30,729 bases of DNA from an uncultured archaeon. Lineage in GTDB: Archaea > Asgardarchaeota > Thorarchaeia > Thorarchaeales > Thorarchaeaceae. A program made the position numbers and the translations under genes. How positions within the stretch are numbered: position 1 is the first letter of the stretch; each line of letters begins with the position of its first letter. The notes under the pieces were generated by a model. The model did no database searches. It saw only the letters and a program-made list of their open reading frames with translations, and was not told the origin of the DNA. Of the stretch, positions 26,327 to 30,729 are shown in pieces. The stretch lies in assembly GCA_964590575.1 (NCBI GenBank), contig CAZPWM010000034.1:1-30729 (forward strand), written 5' to 3'.

Positions 26327-26629
26327 TTGTCTATTAAAGCAGGAAGAACTCCCCGAAGCACGTTTACAATCTTAAGTACGTTAATTTGTGACGGACCAAT
26401 GTGCCCAAAGGAGCTCAGTGCCAAATTAGATATGGCTCCTCGTACAGTGAGCTTTGCGCTCAAGAAACTGTTGCGTGAGCGGATTTTACGCAGGATTCCG
26501 AATCTGAGTGATATGCGTCGTCCAAAGTATCACGTGAATATCGAACAAGCAAGGACTCTGCTGGAAAAATACAAAGACACTCCTTACATGTCAAGTGTGT
26601 CACCTCTTGTATGGCGTAAAATAGTGTGA
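26327..26629 (+). CDS. Small MarR/TrmB-like winged-helix protein
   Basis: GPM.PKEL...RTVSFALKKL...PNLSDMRR..Y pattern; GGAGG SD. Confidence 0.85.
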   Translation: MSIKAGRTPRSTFTILSTLICDGPMCPKELSAKLDMAPRTVSFALKKLLRERILRRIPNLSDMRRPKYHVNIEQARTLLEKYKDTPYMSSVSPLVWRKIV

Positions 26630-26630
26630 G

Positions 26631-27767
26631 TCATACCTTCTTCCAAATGGCAAAGAGCTGTATTGCTCTTTCAACCCTAGCAATGTGTGCCAGTGGAAGA
26701 ATTTCTGAAACACTCAATGAGTCTAGATCATAGTTTCGAAGAGACATGTTCCTCGCCGCACTCAGTAGCTCAACAATGAAAGATTGGTCTGTCTGTTTGT
26801 TTTTTAGCAGTTGATGCAATGAACTCAAACCGATCATTGCATTGTCAATGAAGAACGCAAGTGCAAGTCCTCTCAGGAATACAACTTCAGTACCTTGAAT
26901 CAATGGGTCAACAATTAGGTTAATGATTTTACATATCTTGGACCGGGTGTCTGATACGTGGTCAGCATTATATGTCCCTGAGATTGAGGAGTCAATCTGG
27001 TCCATCAGATTTGAGTAGAGCGAATCAACAAGATCAATCATTTGAGTGATAGGTTTGGTTTCTACCGTATCTTTTTGTGGAGTCCAGTCGACCAATTCCT
27101 GATTGAGGGAAAGAGTACTACCAGCTCCCAATACCGTATGTTGCTTTTCTTTAGGCCTAGCTAATCCCGCTAGAACTGCGAATAGGTCTTGGCCACAACA
27201 GTTGCAAATCACTGCACCTAACACAGTACGTTCTATGATTTTGAATGAATTAAGTGCATGCTCAGCTCCTCTAGCTCTCCGCATCCTCACCCTCCCATCT
27301 CTAAGGATGTGGACCTTGATTTCTTCCATATCTCCCCACGCGTAGGCAAGCTCCTTACTACACCTCATGTTTTCGTACCTTGAAGAAACACAATCCAATA
27401 ACCAGCAGAGTATTGCAGGATCAAGCACACCAAACTTCATTGGTTCCCCTGGATTCACCCCATTGAAGATTCTCATCTCCGCCATTAGAAGGTCCGGAGA
27501 ATCCATACAAGGTTTTGATAGGAGAACACCACCCTCTGGTTGTTCAGGGGCTGGTTTCTCAGTATTTCTTACTTCATTTGAAAGGGTTTCTAGCTCATTT
27601 CGCTGCTGAGTAAATTGCTTCAGGCTAAGAACTGGACAGGACGAAATCTTGGTATTACCCACAACAAATGACCGTGCGAAAGCTCCACAGGTAGTGAAAC
27701 CACAGAGACCACAATCAATCTCGGGTGTGTTTTTTCTCGCTTTGGTCCAGACACTACTCACAGTCAC
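26631..27767 (-). CDS. Fe-S cluster-binding protein with an unknown C-terminal region
   Basis: N-terminal DCGLCGFTTCGAFA...CP (FeS domain as in RnfB/CdhE N-termini); later KPC, CS and CNCC motifs. Confidence 0.75.
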   Translation of the reverse strand: MTVSSVWTKARKNTPEIDCGLCGFTTCGAFARSFVVGNTKISSCPVLSLKQFTQQRNELETLSNEVRNTEKPAPEQPEGGVLLSKPCMDSPDLLMAEMRIFNGVNPGEPMKFGVLDPAILCWLLDCVSSRYENMRCSKELAYAWGDMEEIKVHILRDGRVRMRRARGAEHALNSFKIIERTVLGAVICNCCGQDLFAVLAGLARPKEKQHTVLGAGSTLSLNQELVDWTPQKDTVETKPITQMIDLVDSLYSNLMDQIDSSISGTYNADHVSDTRSKICKIINLIVDPLIQGTEVVFLRGLALAFFIDNAMIGLSSLHQLLKNKQTDQSFIVELLSAARNMSLRNYDLDSLSVSEILPLAHIARVERAIQLFAIWKKV

Positions 27768-27783
27768 TAACCTCTTTCTTTCA

Positions 27784-29169
27784 TCAAGACAAGAACCTCT
27801 TGGCGAGTTCTATATATCCCTTAGCTGTCATCTCTAGTGTACGAATTGGTACTCTTTCATCAGTCCCATGGAACATACCGAGTAGTGTTGCAAGGTCAAT
27901 AGTTCCATCATGGATGGCAAAACCATATGCCTGAGTATCCCAGACTTTTCTAAAGAAGCGACAATCAGTGGCTCCGGGTGATATCAATGGGACCATTGTG
28001 AATTCGGGTCCTCTAATCTCTTGGACGATTGAGCTTATCACCTCTACAAATGAAGAGTTTGCATCGCTCATCGATCCCGATGTGAATGTTCCTCCCTCAT
28101 CAGAGGGCATTCTGCCAATCTCGACCTCTTTTGCTAAGGGTCCGAGTGCTTTTTTGAAGTGCTCTTGAACATACTCTTCATCTTGACCTGGGAGTACTCG
28201 AACGTCTATATCCAAATGAGCTGTTCCAGGTATTGTATTGGTCTTTGCACCACCTTGACATACATTGGGCGACCAAGTCATCTGACTGAGTGAATGGATA
28301 AATGCAGCATTCCCCTTCCCACTATTTGCTAACCGGTTAAGCACGAATCCCAATAGACGCGGTTGGTTCATCAAAGCTCGTGTGGTTATTCCTATTCCCA
28401 TAGCCCTCAGGAAAGGTTTAGTGATTGTCGTATCTCGCGGGGGCTGATATTCTCTGATTCGCTGAATCACCTTTGCCATCGTTACAACTGCGTTATTTGA
28501 CCTGAACGGAGCTGAGCCGTGCCCTTCCTCGCCTTTGAACCTCATTCTTGTCCATGCAGTTCCCTTCTCTCCATAAATGTATGATACCTTATTCGGACCC
28601 AAGGGGTCCCCCCCTGCTTCAGTTACAAGATAATCCACCTTGACCTTTTCTGGATGGTTTCGCACCATCCAATTTGCTCCTAGTTCCCCTCCCACTTCCT
28701 CGTCAGCAACTACCAGTAGTTTGAGGTCTCCTTTTGGGTTGAAACCTTCTGAATGCAGATGAGCAAAGACTACGGTCTGAGATGCAACAATATAGAGCAT
28801 ATCCAAAGAACCTCTTCCCCAGATACAACCATCTTGGATAACTCCATCAAACGGTGGAACAGTCCACTCATCCTCATTCTCAACAGGAACTACGTCTACA
28901 TGCCCTGGGCCCAACATGAGACTTGGTTTCTCTCCAGACCCCTTTATGATAGCAAATAGATTTCCCCTATCAGGCGCAGATTCGAAAATCTCTGGCTCGA
29001 CTCCAAATGATGAGAGATATCGCTCAATGGTACGAATTGATTTCATCTCACCACCGGGGGGATTCACGCAGCGGTTTCGTATCATTTCTTGCATGAGAGA
29101 AGTGATTTCATCAATCATGGTTGTTGACGACCTACCCCTCACAAACTTTCTACGTCCAAAAAAAGGCAA
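27784..29169 (-). CDS. M20/M25/M40 family metallo-hydrolase (ArgE/DapE/ACY1-like)
   Basis: GHVDVVP, WGRGSLDM, ADEEVGG, TEAG, GHGS, GATD and HGTDE motifs. Confidence 0.93.
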   Translation of the reverse strand: MPFFGRRKFVRGRSSTTMIDEITSLMQEMIRNRCVNPPGGEMKSIRTIERYLSSFGVEPEIFESAPDRGNLFAIIKGSGEKPSLMLGPGHVDVVPVENEDEWTVPPFDGVIQDGCIWGRGSLDMLYIVASQTVVFAHLHSEGFNPKGDLKLLVVADEEVGGELGANWMVRNHPEKVKVDYLVTEAGGDPLGPNKVSYIYGEKGTAWTRMRFKGEEGHGSAPFRSNNAVVTMAKVIQRIREYQPPRDTTITKPFLRAMGIGITTRALMNQPRLLGFVLNRLANSGKGNAAFIHSLSQMTWSPNVCQGGAKTNTIPGTAHLDIDVRVLPGQDEEYVQEHFKKALGPLAKEVEIGRMPSDEGGTFTSGSMSDANSSFVEVISSIVQEIRGPEFTMVPLISPGATDCRFFRKVWDTQAYGFAIHDGTIDLATLLGMFHGTDERVPIRTLEMTAKGYIELAKRFLS

Positions 29170-29321
29170 CGTCTTCGGCCATTTTCATTACGACTCTTTT
29201 CGGAAGCTGTTGATTCAGAAAACTGCGATAGAGCTCAGTCAACTGCGAAGAAACCTGAACCTAGGACATGACGCTAATACATAGCCAAAGTGTGTTCTTC
29301 TTTTTATTGTGGTGAATACCT

Positions 29322-29582
29322 ATGCTACCCTCAGTAAGACTACCAAAAAGTGCACTTCACATTCTGCAATTTCTGTCGAAAACAGGGCCTCAAACCCCAA
29401 GGGTGATCAGCAAGGAAGCTAATGTGCCTCTCCGGACCGTTACTTTTGCCTTGGACCGTTTAATAGACACAGATCTCTGTGCTAAAGTTCCAAATCTTGG
29501 TGATATGCGTCGAACCCTCTACGTGGTAAATCATGAGAGGGCAAGAGCAGTCTTTGCTTTGTATAATCAAGTGGTTAAGTAA
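29322..29582 (+). CDS. Small winged-helix protein, paralog of 26327-26629
   Basis: LPKSA...GPQTP...RTVTFAL..L...PNLGDMRRTLY pattern; GGTGA SD. Confidence 0.85.
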   Translation: MLPSVRLPKSALHILQFLSKTGPQTPRVISKEANVPLRTVTFALDRLIDTDLCAKVPNLGDMRRTLYVVNHERARAVFALYNQVVK

Positions 29583-29609
29583 TCAGTTAGTAAGGAGTAG
29601 TACTATACA

Positions 29610-29990
29610 ATGTTGACTTTCTCTGAGTTGAAATCCACGTGCGAACAGGCAATGATTAAACAAAACGCAATCAAAGACGAGGAGTCAATCTCAGTACTCT
29701 GTCAAAATGATTGGGTTCGAATTCTCTTAGTCTGCGATTCCGATACCAATGAGAAATGGAGGATTGAAGTAGAGGTCTCTCTTCCCTCGCAAAAAGATCC
29801 TGGTTCTGAAAATGAAGTGAAGAACGACATCCAATCTCTCATCAAACATCTGGAGTATCTTCTCCGTCTTGATGAAGAAGGGCTAACATTGGATGAAATG
29901 TCCAGAGATGGTTTATGGACTGCATATCTTGAGATTGATGACCCGCCTCCAGAAAGTTTGTTCAAAGCACTCATACCTCCTTCATTGTAA
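29610..29990 (+). CDS. Hypothetical acidic protein
   Basis: 126-aa ORF with an AAGGAG SD; no family recognised. Confidence 0.65.
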   Translation: MLTFSELKSTCEQAMIKQNAIKDEESISVLCQNDWVRILLVCDSDTNEKWRIEVEVSLPSQKDPGSENEVKNDIQSLIKHLEYLLRLDEEGLTLDEMSRDGLWTAYLEIDDPPPESLFKALIPPSL

Positions 29991-30065
29991 TTAGTGCTAA
30001 CTCTCCCAGTGAGTTTTTTATGCGGGGCTAGCTCATAATGAAACAGCACCTATGGATGTGTTTCC

Positions 30066-30729
30066 ATGAGTTTCGATATTTCCAAGGCAATGACCATCAA
30101 GCTCTCATCAGATCTTCCTCCTGAACCTGTCTTTGATTCACGGTATCGCAGGGCTCCAAATCGAGGGTTTGACCTATCACCAGCTGACACTATTGTGGCT
30201 GTAAAGAACGCACTCCGTTATGTGCCTGAGAATCTTCATGAGATTCTTGCACCTGAATTTCTAGACGAACTCATGACAATGGGTCGTATCTACGGTTATC
30301 GATATCGTCCAGCTGGTCCTATCAAAGCCAAGCCTGTTAACGAGTACAAAGGCATCCTAGAAGCTCGAGCGCTCCAAGTAATGATTGACAATAATCTTGA
30401 TTTTGATGTTGCTCTTTATCCATACGAGCTCGTGACGTATGGTGAAAGTGGGCAGACCTTCCAAAATTGGCTACAGTATTCACTAGTAAAGAAGTACTTG
30501 GAAACTATGACCAATGAACAGACGCTCATAGTCAGTTCCGGGCATCCAGTGGGACTCTTCCCGTCACATTCCAATGCGCCACGTGCAATTACCACAAACG
30601 GCCTCATGATTGGAATGTTCGATACACCTGACGGATTTCACCACGCAGCAGCTATGGGTGTGGCGAATTACGGCCAAATGACAGCTGGTGGTTGGATGTA
30701 TATTGGCCCTCAAGGAATAGTTCATGGCA
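30066..30729 (+). CDS. hutU: Urocanate hydratase, long type; 3'-truncated at the window edge and absent from the ORF track
   Basis: Manual translation from ATG 30066: MSFDISKAMTIKL...RRAPNR...KNALRY...GRIYGYRYRP...MIDNNLDFDVALYPYELVTYG...SGHPVGLF...YGQMTAGGWMYIGPQGIVHG. Confidence 0.95.
   Translation, partial: MSFDISKAMTIKLSSDLPPEPVFDSRYRRAPNRGFDLSPADTIVAVKNALRYVPENLHEILAPEFLDELMTMGRIYGYRYRPAGPIKAKPVNEYKGILEARALQVMIDNNLDFDVALYPYELVTYGESGQTFQNWLQYSLVKKYLETMTNEQTLIVSSGHPVGLFPSHSNAPRAITTNGLMIGMFDTPDGFHHAAAMGVANYGQMTAGGWMYIGPQGIVHG

Noticed and set aside
1-30729. CRISPR array, tRNA/rRNA, IS/transposase, integrase or defence island
   Set aside because: No periodic repeats, cloverleaf, terminal inverted repeats or corresponding protein motifs were seen by eye.

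Overview
Archaeal window of about 43-45% GC by eye, with archaeal-type exosome and proteasome genes, GGAGG/GGTG SD sites and many TTG/GTG starts. The style suggests an Asgard (Thorarchaeia-like) sediment archaeon; this is inference only. Left to right: 3' part of a heme catalase; SCP2 protein; minus-strand wHTH, membrane protein and ABC-2 exporter; an operon of YoaD-like 2-hydroxyacid dehydrogenase, YoaC/LsrK-like FGGY kinase, class II aldolase and aldehyde:ferredoxin oxidoreductase, followed by an AEC transporter; a ZnuABC-type importer with a NikR-family regulator; the exosome superoperon (psmA, SBDS, rrp4, rrp41, rrp42, rpl37ae, Brix, pcc1, pfdB, DUF3194-like, DHH, EcfAA'T); a class II photolyase pseudogene with most of the gene deleted (missed by the ORF track); TPR, VOC, two paralogous wHTH, Fe-S protein and M20 peptidase genes; and the 5' part of a long-type urocanate hydratase (also missing from the track). 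No rRNA, tRNA, CRISPR or mobile element was seen. The best candidate for an undescribed system is the yoaD-yoaC-aldolase-AOR catabolic module.
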